Assembly (NCBI GenBank): GCA_002269645.1
Contig: NIVC01000399.1
Coordinates: forward strand, 218,205 to 282,204
DNA length: 64,000 nucleotides
Direction: 5' to 3'
Source of the DNA: Macrostomum lignano
Taxonomy: Eukaryota
In this document: positions 1 through 22,861 of the stretch, piece by piece
Layout: every line of letters starts with the position of its first letter
How positions within the stretch are numbered: the first letter of the stretch is position 1
The notes under the pieces: generated by a model
What the model was told of the DNA's origin: nothing
What the model saw: the letters and a program-made list of their open reading frames with translations, nothing else
Database searches by the model: none
Made by a program: the position numbers and the translations under genes

Positions 1-839
1 TCTTTTTTTCAAGTTAAAAAATGTTCAAATGTTCTAGCCATAGACTATTACAGCTTTCCAATGTTAGAGGCTTACATTATAACAAGTTTTGAAACATCAA
101 ATTAGTGCTTAGGGTCTAATCAGGCTAAAAACTCTTAAAAAATTTATTTGTACTTAAAATACTTTTCTGGAGCCAAAATAATTTAATAAATAAAATTTGA
201 CAATTACCAATTTTACTATTTTTCCTTTCCTTATATCCTAAAAATGAGTTGTCTATGGTAGGTAGGTGTGCAATAGATTTCAGAAAAAAATGGCTCAACT
301 GATTTTCTTCAAACTTGCACCATTTGATCAGAAATTTTCCTAGGATGGTACATGCATCTTGGCTAAGAAATTGCTCAATTTTAAAAGGATTTAATATTCA
401 AAAAACATGCTTTTTTGCAAAGGTCAAGCAGAAATTTTGACCTGAAATGCATTGTAAGAATGCTAGAAAAAACACTGACTGACTGAATTTTGATTGTGAT
501 AAAGATTGCATCACAAGTTGAAAACAGTGTTGAAGAAATGCACACCCGACTTGATTGAAATTGTGTAGCCATATTGCTAACTTAAATTGGGACTGATACT
601 GGCTGACTGCGAAATTGATTATATTATAACTTTTTACTCTAACCAACTTGCTGTAAGAATTGAATTATAGGGCCACAATTCACATTCTCCAATTAAAAAG
701 AGATAGCCCAGATGCGAATAGACTAGAATGCTAATGTAGCAACCTGGGTTCAAATCTTAGTAGTGCAAAAATTTTTTTATTCAAACACATTAAAAACACA
801 AAATGCTAAACATAAAAGAAGCGCAATGTTAAACATAGA

Positions 840-1047
840 AAACAACCATGTTGAACATTAAAGAGCCACCATATCGAACATTAAAGAGCCACCATGTCAA
901 ACATCAAAGAGCCACCATGTCAAACATTAAAAAGCTACTTTGTCAAACATACAAGTAGAAGAGCCACCATGTCAAACATAGAAGAGCCACCATGTTAGAC
1001 ATTGAAGAGCCACCATATCAAACATAAAAGAGTTACCATGTAGAACA
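840..1047. repeat. ~21-22 bp minisatellite (aaagagccaccatgtcaaacat), resuming at 3602-3660 after the mariner insertion
   Basis: Tandem copies read directly. Removing 1050-3603 restores an intact unit (aacaTAaaagagccaccatgtag). Confidence 0.9.
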
Positions 1048-2275
1048 TACTCAGGGTGCTGCAAAAGTTTCCGGACTGGAGTTCCTGACATGGCACTTTT
1101 TATCAGAGCTGAGTGACATTTGACCCATTGAAACATTAGCCTAGGATGAATGTTGTGTTAAAATTTCAAGCATGTCCATGAACCACAGTGGGCGCTAGAG
1201 CCATAATAAGTTTTATTTTCTCAACTAGCATTTACAATTTCTCACCAAACTAGCGACAAAAAGGAAAAGATGAAAAAATCCTCCACATGCAGAGGTGACT
1301 AGCAAAAGTTTCCGGAGTTTGCCACGGGATATTAATAAACTAGTATCCCTAATTTATTTATTTTATGGATGAACCTCTAACTGAACAAACTGAACAGCAA
1401 CTACAGAATCAGCAAAACAAACAAAACAAACAACTGTGGCATCAGTGTCTCGAGCAAAATCAATTGCTTCTGCACCATTAATCGCTCTCACTCTTGCTGT
1501 TCTCTTCTGAGGAATCAACCGGCTTGGGACTTGCACGCTCCACATATTCTCCATCCAAGGCAATGCACTTCCGATATCGTTCGATCAGCTTGTCGAAGCC
1601 TGTCTACCAGAACTTGGCATTGAACTGTTGCAACGATGCATTGGTGGCATCGATGACTTCCTGCCGAGTTGTGAAGACCTTGCCACGCATTGGCATCTTC
1701 ATCAGACCAAACAGGTAGAAATCGGCAATGGCGAGGTCGGGACTGTAAGCCGGGTGGTTTAGCCGACGGAAGCCAAGCTCTTCCACCTTGGCACAAGTGC
1801 AAGCAAAAGCATGCGGACGCGCATTGTCCCAGAGAATAAAAGGCCTCTGATGCGACGCTTGGACAGAACGGCAGTGCGCAGAAGATTAAGCTGGTTCATG
1901 ATGTAGTCGGCGTTGATCGTCTGACCCTGCGGCAGATAGTCAACAAGCAGCACACCTTGTGCATCGAACCACACAGTGCACATGATGTTCTGCGTCCACG
2001 CCGATTTCATTGCCTTCGTGTGCATATGACGTCCCCTGGGGCCCCATTGCATCGACTGCTGTTTTGTCAGTGGGTTGAACATGGGCAGCGGTGTCTCATC
2101 CATTGTGATGACCAGTTCCTTGAACTTATCATCACCGAGTTCGTTCCACACTGCCCAGTTCTCCGTAGCACATTGCATGCATGCTTGCTTATGCTCAGCC
2201 ATCAGTTCGCGTGGCACCCACTTGGCACAAATCTTCGACCAGTTGATGCACTGCAGAATGCGACACACGGATGAG

Positions 2276-3290
2276 TAGTGATGGATCGAAATTATTTTTC
2301 AAATCGAAATCGAAATCGAAATTTTCGGTTCCTTAGAATCGAAATCGAAATTGAAATTGAAATCGAAATTTTTGAGCTTAACAAATTTTTACTTTTTCGC
2401 TAATCATGCAAAAAGGTTAACACCTTGCCTCTGCATGTATGAGCTTACATGTTTTATAAAAAGTATCTTTGATATGTTTAAACCAGAATACTTAAGATTT
2501 AACTTACTTTAAAAATACGAAATAGAAAATGCTAGTATATTATGTATCATACACTCATACATAGAAATATAGTAGAAGTTGTATTATACTTCACCACTGT
2601 TTAAGCTGAAGATCTAGATACGAGTAGCCTATATCCATTTCATTAAGGCTTTAAGTCTTTAGCCAATTAGAATCCACGCCGATGAGTTCAGCCAGTGGGC
2701 TTGTGGAGGTTGAGGTGGGTGCAGCACAAGGCCTGGAACAGTGTGTGCCCTGCACAATCTTTTTAGTAGAAAAGGCAATTCTCACCCCTATTGCAGCGCA
2801 TGGCTTAAGTACGCCAGACGCCTACACAACCTGCGCCACGCTGTGAAATGACTTACCTGTGAAAGAAACCTAAAGCAAAGTTAACGCAGTTTTGGGTAAA
2901 CGGCAGGAGTAACTATGACTGTCTTATCAAGCCTAAATGCCTCGGCATCTAATTAGTACTGCGCCGCTCCGTACTAATCGCCGCGCGCGTATGCGCCGCG
3001 CCGCGCCGTATTAGATCCGCGCCGGACGCCGTCCGCCAAAATGCCCATGCGCTGCAATCAGGATTCTCACCTCCCCACTGAGTCTTTGAACTGCACTTCC
3101 TTTCACTTCCTATAGATTTTCTTTCTTGTGTAGCATGGATTATCACTGTCTAAATTGTTAAAATATAACCAAAATTTCGAAATGATTTTTGATGAATGGT
3201 GTCAAAATTCGAAATCGAAATTATTTCGATGCAAAATTAGTTTTGGAATTCGGAATATCAAAATTTAAATCGAATTTTGATCCATCACTA
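2276..3290. mobile_element. Non-autonomous hAT-type element nested in the mariner transposase
   Basis: TIRs TAGTGATGGATC / GATCCATCACTA. Perfect 8-bp TSD CGGATGAG (2268-2275, 3291-3298). Subterminal AAATCG arrays at both ends. The transposase frame reads through once the element is removed (IHNSSV|CRILQ). Confidence 0.9.
2894..2957 (+). other. 28S rRNA-derived fragment (helix 69-71, R2/I-PpoI target region), copy 1
   Basis: GGGTAAACGGCAGGAGTAACTATGACTGTCTTA...AAATGCCTCGGCATCTAATTAGT matches the conserved eukaryotic LSU sequence GGGTAAACGGCGGGAGTAACTATGACTCTCTTAAGGTAGCCAAATGCCTCGTCATCTAATTAGT. Not a full rRNA gene. Confidence 0.8.
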
Positions 3291-3774
3291 CGGATGAGTT
3301 GTGGATGCCACACACACTCTCCACTTCTTGCAAGCACACTGATGGATTTGCTGACACATATTCCAGCACTGCAGCAGTATTTTCATTGTCTGTGCTGGAG
3401 TGCGGATGGCTAGAACGTGGGGCATCGCTGGCGGCTATGACACCCTCAGCAGCAAGGCGGTGATGGGCAAACACCTGCGTCCGACCCAACGTCTGAGCCC
3501 CAAATGCAGCACGCCCAGTTGGTCTATGGGTCAAATGTCACTCAGCTCCAAAAAAAGTTCTATCAGGAAGACCAGTCCAGAAACTTTTGCAGCACCCCTC
3601 GTAAAAGAGCCACCATGTAGAACATAAAAGAGCCACCCTATTAAACATAAAAGATACACAATTTCAAACCTGAAAGTAAGCAAATTTTAAAGGAGCCGCT
3701 ATAATGCTAAGGAAATTGTTGCACTAGCTACTTATTGTCTGGTGGATGCTTGCTATTTGGGGATGCTATCTATC

Positions 3775-4366
3775 CCCTATAGGAAAAAGTTGTAAAACCG
3801 CGGACGGTGTCCGGCGCACTTTTGAAATTTTTCTAAAGTGCAGCACGCGCACAGGCGCAGCGCCTGCGCGCGCTGCCCTTTCTTACTGGCTGCTGCTCTA
3901 GCAAATACATATACATGGAAATGGGTATAATACCTCTGTTGAAGGGGCTTATACACTCGTAATTTATTAAGCTTAGAGATGTTCCAAAAATTCAATTTCA
4001 ATTTTCCAAAATTTGAATTTTTTTAGAGCAAATTTCAATTTCGAAATAAAATTTAGAAGTGAAAATTTTGGTAGTGTCTAAAAAGTCGCTAAAAATAAAC
4101 TACTTTCTACTACATATACATGTATTACTTTTTGCTTAAGCAGTAAATAGAAAGTAAAAAAGTGAGTGTTGATCATACTAAACTTTGTTTTTCTGAATTA
4201 TGATTTCGGGAAATTTCAATTTTGATTTTGGAAAGTTAGCGAATTTTGATTTCGACGAAACTGCAGATCTTTCGGAACATCTCTAATAATCCTAAAGCGC
4301 GGTAAAATAGTTTGACTCTTTTCTAAAGCGCGCGTCCGCGGGTTTTTAACATTTATTCCAATAGGG
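3775..4366. mobile_element. MITE with CCCTAT...ATAGGG termini and 8-bp TSD
   Basis: Imperfect ~33-bp TIR (CCCTATAGGAAAAAGTTGTAAAACCGCGGACG vs reverse complement CCCTATTGGAATAAATGTTAAAAACCCGCGGACG). TATCTATC duplicated at 3767-3774 and 4367-4374. Superfamily not assigned. Confidence 0.75.
3974..4285. mobile_element. Small hAT-type MITE nested in the 3775-4366 element
   Basis: TIRs TAGAGATGTTCC / GGAACATCTCTA. Degenerate flanks attaagct / ataatcct (5/8 match). Internal AATTTC/ATTTCG arrays resemble those of the 2276-3290 element. Confidence 0.7.
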
Positions 4367-4374
4367 TATCTATC

Positions 4375-4505
4375 TTGGAGATGCTTGCTATTTGGGGATG
4401 CTATCTATCTTGGAGATGCTTGCTATTTGGGGGATGCTTGCTATCTGGGGGATGCTTGCTATCCAGGGGATGCTTGCTATCTGGGGAATGCTTGCTGTCT
4501 TGGGA
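4375..4505. repeat. ~18-bp minisatellite (gatgcttgctatttgggg), also present at 3745-3774
   Basis: Tandem copies read directly; the array is split by the 3775-4366 MITE. Confidence 0.8.
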
Positions 4506-7500
4506 TGATTTCTTTTTGCATTGCATTTCATTTCATTTGAGTATTTTGTCTATTTTCTTTGTAAAGACTTTATTTGGCTATCTTTTTGTTACTTGTAGAG
4601 AACAGAGATTCTATACAGATGTCCCCCAACGGAGGGTAAAGATTGCTAGTAAATCTCTATATTTAATCCTGGGATCAAAAAATACAGATTTTCAAGCTTA
4701 TGGGTTGAAATTTCAAGGCAAAATATCAGCTAAGCATTTTTTTGCTTTTATTTTTTATTGTTATAGTGATAATGATCTTTTTGTAGGTGAAAAACAGCAT
4801 TATCTTGTGATTTATTTAAGTAAGTAGTATAAAAATGCTAACTAGTAGTAAAGAAGCAAATCATACATCAAAATTTATATTGGAATAAATTTCACATTAA
4901 ATATGTGATGCGGGGTTTAAAAATGTGCCATGCAATGCAAGGCAACTAATAGAAATTAGTGCAATATAATAAACTAGTTGTGGGCCCAATTTTGTTCATA
5001 TTAGGGCCTATAACATTTTTAATAAAAATAATAATAGCAAAAATTAGTCCCAGCCCCAGGATTTGAGACCCCAAATCCCAGGACTGGAAATCCCAGGATT
5101 AGGGCCCAATCTGGGGATTTTGGGATCCTAGGATTGCAATACTTATTTAAATGATTGTATAACAAAATTGAATATAGGGGCCTAAGCTACATTCTTAATA
5201 AAATATAAAAGTTGATGCTACAATACTGCATTTAGAAGTAGGCCCTAAGTCTTCTTCTGAAGTTTGATTTTAAGAATAATTTTAAGTTAATTTTGCTATC
5301 TTTGTAATTGAAGGTCATATATCAAAATTCTTGACTCCCATATTGGATAGGCCTAGTGCTAGTGCTATGTGTATGATTGTAAAATAAAAGAATGCCAAGT
5401 TTAAAAAAGTACTTTAAAGAAAATTGATTCAAATATATTTTATATTTTGTATTTTAGTATTTATATTTTATAGAATTATCATAATCAAATTAAATCTCAA
5501 GGCCTTAAAGTAATTAAGTCAGATAAATGTGAGATTTTTCATCTCTTTAGACCTATGGCCATAGCCTACACTAGGCCTAAGCTAGCCTAGCAATGTAGCA
5601 AGCAACAGCAACAGGCCTTAGGCCTACTACTACTGCTAGGCCAATACTTGTATTAAAATAATCAAAAACTACTAGTAGTATATGGCCAATGGCCATTAGG
5701 CCATGGAAAGTTTTTGTAGTAGGCCTAAGCCTTGCTAGCCCTAAGTATAGATCTTATATTCCTAGGCCTATAATACGCTCGTATAATAACTATGGCCTTA
5801 CCTAAGGCAAAGGCTATGTTTTGATGGGAAATGTTTTGCAATCACTACGACACTAGCATTCTGTATTATGAGTATACCGATCTGCATGAAATTGTGTGTG
5901 ATACTGTACTGTGGTAGGCTGGTAGCCATAGTCGAGATTGTGTCCTATGTGCTGGACTAAATAAATAAATTACATTATTTAGTCGCACGAACGTACGTTG
6001 CGTGTTGCGTGCAGTCAGACCTCGGCCGCGTCCGCCGGGGTCTCTTCAAAAAATTACGCTGTTCTAAGGAAGTAAAACGTAAACAACAACAAACCTTGCT
6101 TTTCTCCATTGTTAATACCCCCAAATCCATACAATAGAAAATCAATAGTAAATTTATACAGGTTTAATAAAACAATGTTTTTACAATATCAATTGTGCTA
6201 GTATAATGTACATGTTTTTGTATTATTATCACATCAAAATTTATCGACACATGTATTTTTCCGGTATGTGCGGCGCAGTATAAAGATAGATATAACGTAC
6301 GTAGTTATACTTATAAATCTACGAATTGCAGACTTATTGTTATTCCCAAAGCATTCGATGCACCATATGAGCCATGAGAGAGATCGTCGACAAAAGACAC
6401 CGTGTGTGCAAATGGAGGGAACCGTAGTACGTTGTGTTGGAATTTTCCAAGCAAATGGACACAGCAGAAGGGTTGAGTTACATTGGACCGGATCCAGTGA
6501 CACCGTTTATAGCTCTATTGACACGGGTATAACTTAACTCCAAGGACCACTGTACTTGATATAGCTATATCAAGCGATATACAGTAGCTATATAGCTATA
6601 TACAGTGGTCCTTGTACATGTATAACTCCAGTCAGTCACAAGCTGGGTATAACTTTAGTGACACTTGGTATCACTTCAGACACGTACCTACTCCAGGTGC
6701 ATGACGCGGGTAGCAGTCCAGTGGCACAGATATCACTTTAGCTATTGACACAGAGAATACAACTAGTCTCGCCAGTTTTGCAAGAGTTGCATGCATCCAT
6801 CTATAACCATACCATATGATCTTTTTTCGTTGCTATACTGTAAAAATATATTGTGTGTATTAATAAAACTGAGACAGTAAAACACACCAACATTTTCATG
6901 TTCGAAAAGACCGAATTTAGCATCTAAAATTAGCTACACAAGCAACGATGAACTATCAATGTAAATATTTAATATATTATAAAAAATGGTTAACAAGAAA
7001 ATCTCTTTAACCGTAAATAATTTTATCTAATCCAAGGACCATTGTAGTTAAAAATACATGCGTGGGCTTCAGTAGTCCTTGGAATAAATAAATCCTTACA
7101 AAAATTTTTAAGCAATTCTGAAACTAACCAATGGCGATTGGGGAAAGGAGAGGCAAAAATGACAGCAGTAATTATATTGATTGATTGATGAATTGATCAG
7201 CGTGCGGCATTGGCCATTGGATCTGTTAATGAATTCAAATTGATACGCATAAGTAGTTCAGCAGTAGTATCAATAGCGTATGCGACTGCGGTAATCAATA
7301 AATGGGAAAAGAGAGGAACAGAAGCAGAGGATCTCGAGACTTAAGAGAGGTAGACATAGGGAAAGAAAAAAGACGATAGTCGAATGACCACTGATCGTTT
7401 CTTGGTAATTTTTGAAGGCTCAATATTTAAAAACATTGTAATAAACGAAAGCCTCCATTATGAGACGTAGCTTTGGTAAACTTAAGCCTTCAAATATATT

Positions 7501-7939
7501 TCCAAAAAACCTACTTGAATTTCTCTTATTACGTGAACGTGATCATTGAAGCTCGAGGCAAAAGATCATTCAAAATTTAATATATTTCCTATAATTCCTG
7601 TGGTCATTGAACAGAACTTGGGGAGTAGATGTTAGGTGAAGTGCAATGGAGGCAAGATAATCTGATGTGTAATGATAAAATCCGTACGGTTGGTAAATAA
7701 TCGTCAGCCAATTAAAGCCAGCAAGCCAAAGCCAAACTGCCAGGTGTGAAAAATTAATAATAAAAAATACCAGAGAAATCGGGAGAGGACAATTGGAAAG
7801 ATATATTGTGCAGACAAAACAGGCAAGATAGGGGGGGGGGGTTAAGTTGCTGTACAATAGCCTCGGCATCTTCAAACTTTACGAGCTTTGATGTCGGAAA
7901 ACAGCAATGGTTCATTAATAAAAGATTGACATTCAAGCT

Positions 7940-8450
7940 TTAGGGTCAGTTCTTAGTTTAGGTTTAGGGGCGACTCTTAGCTTAGGTTTAGAGGCGATTT
8001 TTAGATTCGGTTTTTGAGGCGGTTCTTAGTTTAGGTTTAGAAGTGATATTTAGTTTAGGTTTAAAGGCGATTTTTAGATAAGGTTTAAAGACGGTTCTTA
8101 GTTTAGTTAGCTTAGTTAGGGGTGATTCTTAGTTTTGTTGTAGAGGCAGTTCTTAGTTTAGGTTTAGGGTGATTCCTAGTTTAGGTTTAGGGTGATTCTT
8201 AGTTTAGGTTTAGAGGCGGTTCTTAGTTTAGGTTTAGGGTGATTCTTAGTTTAGGTTTAGAGGCGGTTCTTAGTTTAGTTGTAGAGGCAGTTCTTAGTTT
8301 AGGTTTAGGGTGATTCTTAGTTTAGGTTTAGGGTGATTCTTAGTTTAGGTTTAGGGTGATTCTTAGTTTAGGTTTAGAGGCGGTTCTTAGTTTAGGTTTA
8401 GGGAGATTCTTAGTTTAGGTTTAGAGGCGGTCTCTTAGTTTAAGCTTAGG
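7940..8450. repeat. ~23-bp minisatellite (ttcttagtttaggtttagggtga / gaggcgg variants)
   Basis: About 20 tandem units containing TTAGG and TTTAGGG motifs. Confidence 0.88.
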
Positions 8451-8622
8451 GGCGACGCATCTTTTAGAAAATTAAAAGCAATTATAAAAGCGACTTTTTC
8501 AGCAAACTTCGGGCACGCCACCTTGCCAGAGTTTCAAATTTAGCCCGTACAAATAATTAACGAAATAAAGCATCAAAGTTTTCAAACAACTGGGAGAACT
8601 GCAGCGGCAGCAGCTGGGAAGT

Positions 8623-20160
<11,538 letters not shown>

Positions 20161-20224
20161 CTGCCGGCGGGAGGGACGGGTGAGTAACATTTAATAAATG
20201 CGTGTCTACGCAAGGACATGGAGT

Positions 20225-21557
20225 CCCCTTGTGAGTCCGAGTCCTCAGAGGACACTCAGGTCCAAGACTGACTCCGAGTCCTCAGAGGACACTCAGGTCC
20301 AAGACAATGCGTCTCGAGTCCTCAGAGGACACTCAGGTCCAAGACTATGAGTCCGAATCCTCAGAGGACACTCAGGTCCAAGACTGACTCCGAGTCCTCA
20401 GAGGACACTCAGGTCCAAGACTATGAGTCCCGAGTCCTCAGACGACACTCAGGTCCAAGACTGAGTCCGAGTCCACAGAGGACACTCAAGTCCAAGACAA
20501 TGCGTCCGCGAGTCTCAGAGGACACTCAGGTCCAAGACTATGAGTCCCGAGTCCTCAGACGACACTCAGGTCCAAGACTGAGTCCCGAGTCCTCAGAGGA
20601 CACTCAGGTCCAAGACTATGAGTCCCGAGTCCTCAGAGGACATCAGGTCCAAGACTGAGTCCCGAGTCCACAGAGGACACTCAGGTCCAAGACTATGAGT
20701 CCCGAGTCCACAGAGGACACTCAGGTCCAAGACTGAGTCCCGAGTCCTCAGAGGACACTCAGGTCCAAGACTATGAGTCCCGAGTCCTCAGAGGACACTC
20801 AGGTCCAAGACTATGAGTCCCGAGTCCACAGAGGACACTCAGGTCCAAGACTATGAGTCCCGATCGAGTCTTCAGAGGACACTCAGGTCCAAGATATGAG
20901 TCCGAGTCCTCAGAGGACACTCAGGTCCAAGACTGAGTCCCGAGTCCTCAGAGGACACTAAGGTCCAAGATTGAGTCCCGATCGAGTCCTCAGAGACACT
21001 AAGGTCCAAGATTGAGTCCCGATCGAGTCCTCAGAAGACACTCAGGTCCAAGACTGAGTCCCGAGTCCTCAGAGGACACTCAGGTCCAAGACTGAGTCCC
21101 GAATCCTCAGAGGACACTCAGGTCCAAGACTGAGTCCCGAGTCCTCAGAGGACACTCAGGTCCAAGACTGAGTCCCGAGTCCTCAGAGGACACTCAGGTC
21201 CAAGACTATGAGTCCGAGTCCTCAGAGGACACTCAGGTCCAAGACTGAGTCCGCGAGTCCTCAGAGGACACTCAGGTCCAAGACTGAGTCCCGAGTCCTC
21301 AGAGGACACTCAGGTCCAAGACTATGAGTCCCGAGTCCACAGAGGACACTCAGGTCCAAGACTATGAGTTCCGAGTCCTCAGAGGACACTCAGGTCCAAG
21401 ACTGAGTCCGCGAGTCCTCAGAGGACACTCAGATCCAAGACTATGAGTCCCGAGTCCTCAGACGACACTCAGGTCCAAGACTGAGTCCCGAGTCCACAGA
21501 GGACACTCAGGTCAAGACTATGAGTCCCGAGTCCACAGAGGAACTCAGGTCCAAGAC
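20225..21557. repeat. ~38-40 bp minisatellite (gagtcccgagtcctcagaggacactcaggtccaagact[at]) running into the assembly gap
   Basis: More than 30 head-to-tail units with no unique spacers. Confidence 0.93.
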
Positions 21558-22544
21558 NNNNNNNNNNNNNNNNNNNNNNNNNNNNNNNNNNNNNNNNNNN
21601 NNNNNNNNNNNNNNNNNNNNNNNNNNNNNNNNNNNNNNNNNNNNNNNNNNNNNNNNNNNNNNNNNNNNNNNNNNNNNNNNNNNNNNNNNNNNNNNNNNNN
21701 NNNNNNNNNNNNNNNNNNNNNNNNNNNNNNNNNNNNNNNNNNNNNNNNNNNNNNNNNNNNNNNNNNNNNNNNNNNNNNNNNNNNNNNNNNNNNNNNNNNN
21801 NNNNNNNNNNNNNNNNNNNNNNNNNNNNNNNNNNNNNNNNNNNNNNNNNNNNNNNNNNNNNNNNNNNNNNNNNNNNNNNNNNNNNNNNNNNNNNNNNNNN
21901 NNNNNNNNNNNNNNNNNNNNNNNNNNNNNNNNNNNNNNNNNNNNNNNNNNNNNNNNNNNNNNNNNNNNNNNNNNNNNNNNNNNNNNNNNNNNNNNNNNNN
22001 NNNNNNNNNNNNNNNNNNNNNNNNNNNNNNNNNNNNNNNNNNNNNNNNNNNNNNNNNNNNNNNNNNNNNNNNNNNNNNNNNNNNNNNNNNNNNNNNNNNN
22101 NNNNNNNNNNNNNNNNNNNNNNNNNNNNNNNNNNNNNNNNNNNNNNNNNNNNNNNNNNNNNNNNNNNNNNNNNNNNNNNNNNNNNNNNNNNNNNNNNNNN
22201 NNNNNNNNNNNNNNNNNNNNNNNNNNNNNNNNNNNNNNNNNNNNNNNNNNNNNNNNNNNNNNNNNNNNNNNNNNNNNNNNNNNNNNNNNNNNNNNNNNNN
22301 NNNNNNNNNNNNNNNNNNNNNNNNNNNNNNNNNNNNNNNNNNNNNNNNNNNNNNNNNNNNNNNNNNNNNNNNNNNNNNNNNNNNNNNNNNNNNNNNNNNN
22401 NNNNNNNNNNNNNNNNNNNNNNNNNNNNNNNNNNNNNNNNNNNNNNNNNNNNNNNNNNNNNNNNNNNNNNNNNNNNNNNNNNNNNNNNNNNNNNNNNNNN
22501 NNNNNNNNNNNNNNNNNNNNNNNNNNNNNNNNNNNNNNNNNNNN
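21558..22544. other. Assembly gap (987 N)
   Basis: Run of n. Confidence 1.
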
Positions 22545-22861
22545 TTGACATTCCTGACTGTACAAGTAACAGGGGTGTCGCGATTTTCTGAATCTTTGTC
22601 ATTTTTTAGTTTATCTGCACTTGTCTCTGTTTACTTTGTCTTTTCTCCCTCTCTGGCCAGTCTAAATCTTGTTATTCTTATCTCTGTCCCTCGTTGCCTT
22701 CTGATTGGCTCTTGAATCTCGCATCTTTCCTTAGTCGCGCACTCTGCCCCTCCTTATCTTGCACTTAAACCCCCCCGCCCTAGTTAATGTCTTATAAATA
22801 CAACCGTTGGATCTTGCGCCTCAGTTACTGCTCATTTTTATAAACTCAACTTTAGATAGTG

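Larger units (their letters stand above)
1478..3534 (-). pseudogene. Mariner transposase pseudogene
   Basis: Motifs WVPREL, ITMDET, (W)DNARPH, HPAYSPDLA and C-terminal GFDKLIERYRKCIALDGEYVE. Disrupted by the hAT insertion (2276-3290), a frameshift near 1830 and a premature TAG at 1604-1606. Confidence 0.92.
1050..3601 (-). mobile_element. Mariner (Tc1/mariner, DD34D-type) DNA transposon, non-functional
   Basis: TIRs CTCAGGGTGCTGCAAAAGTTTCCGGACTGG (1050-1079) and CCAGTCCAGAAACTTTTGCAGCACCCCTCG (3572-3601). TA duplication at 1048-1049 and 3602-3603. Confidence 0.93.

Noticed and set aside
2894-2957. Functional rRNA gene
   Set aside because: Only about 64 bp match 28S, helix-69 pairing is broken, and no flanking rDNA is present; kept as a derived fragment.
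20225-21557. CRISPR-like regular repeat array
   Set aside because: Units are head-to-tail with no unique spacers, there are no cas genes, and the context is a eukaryotic intron.
21469-22602. ORFs spanning X runs
   Set aside because: Artefacts of the N gap.
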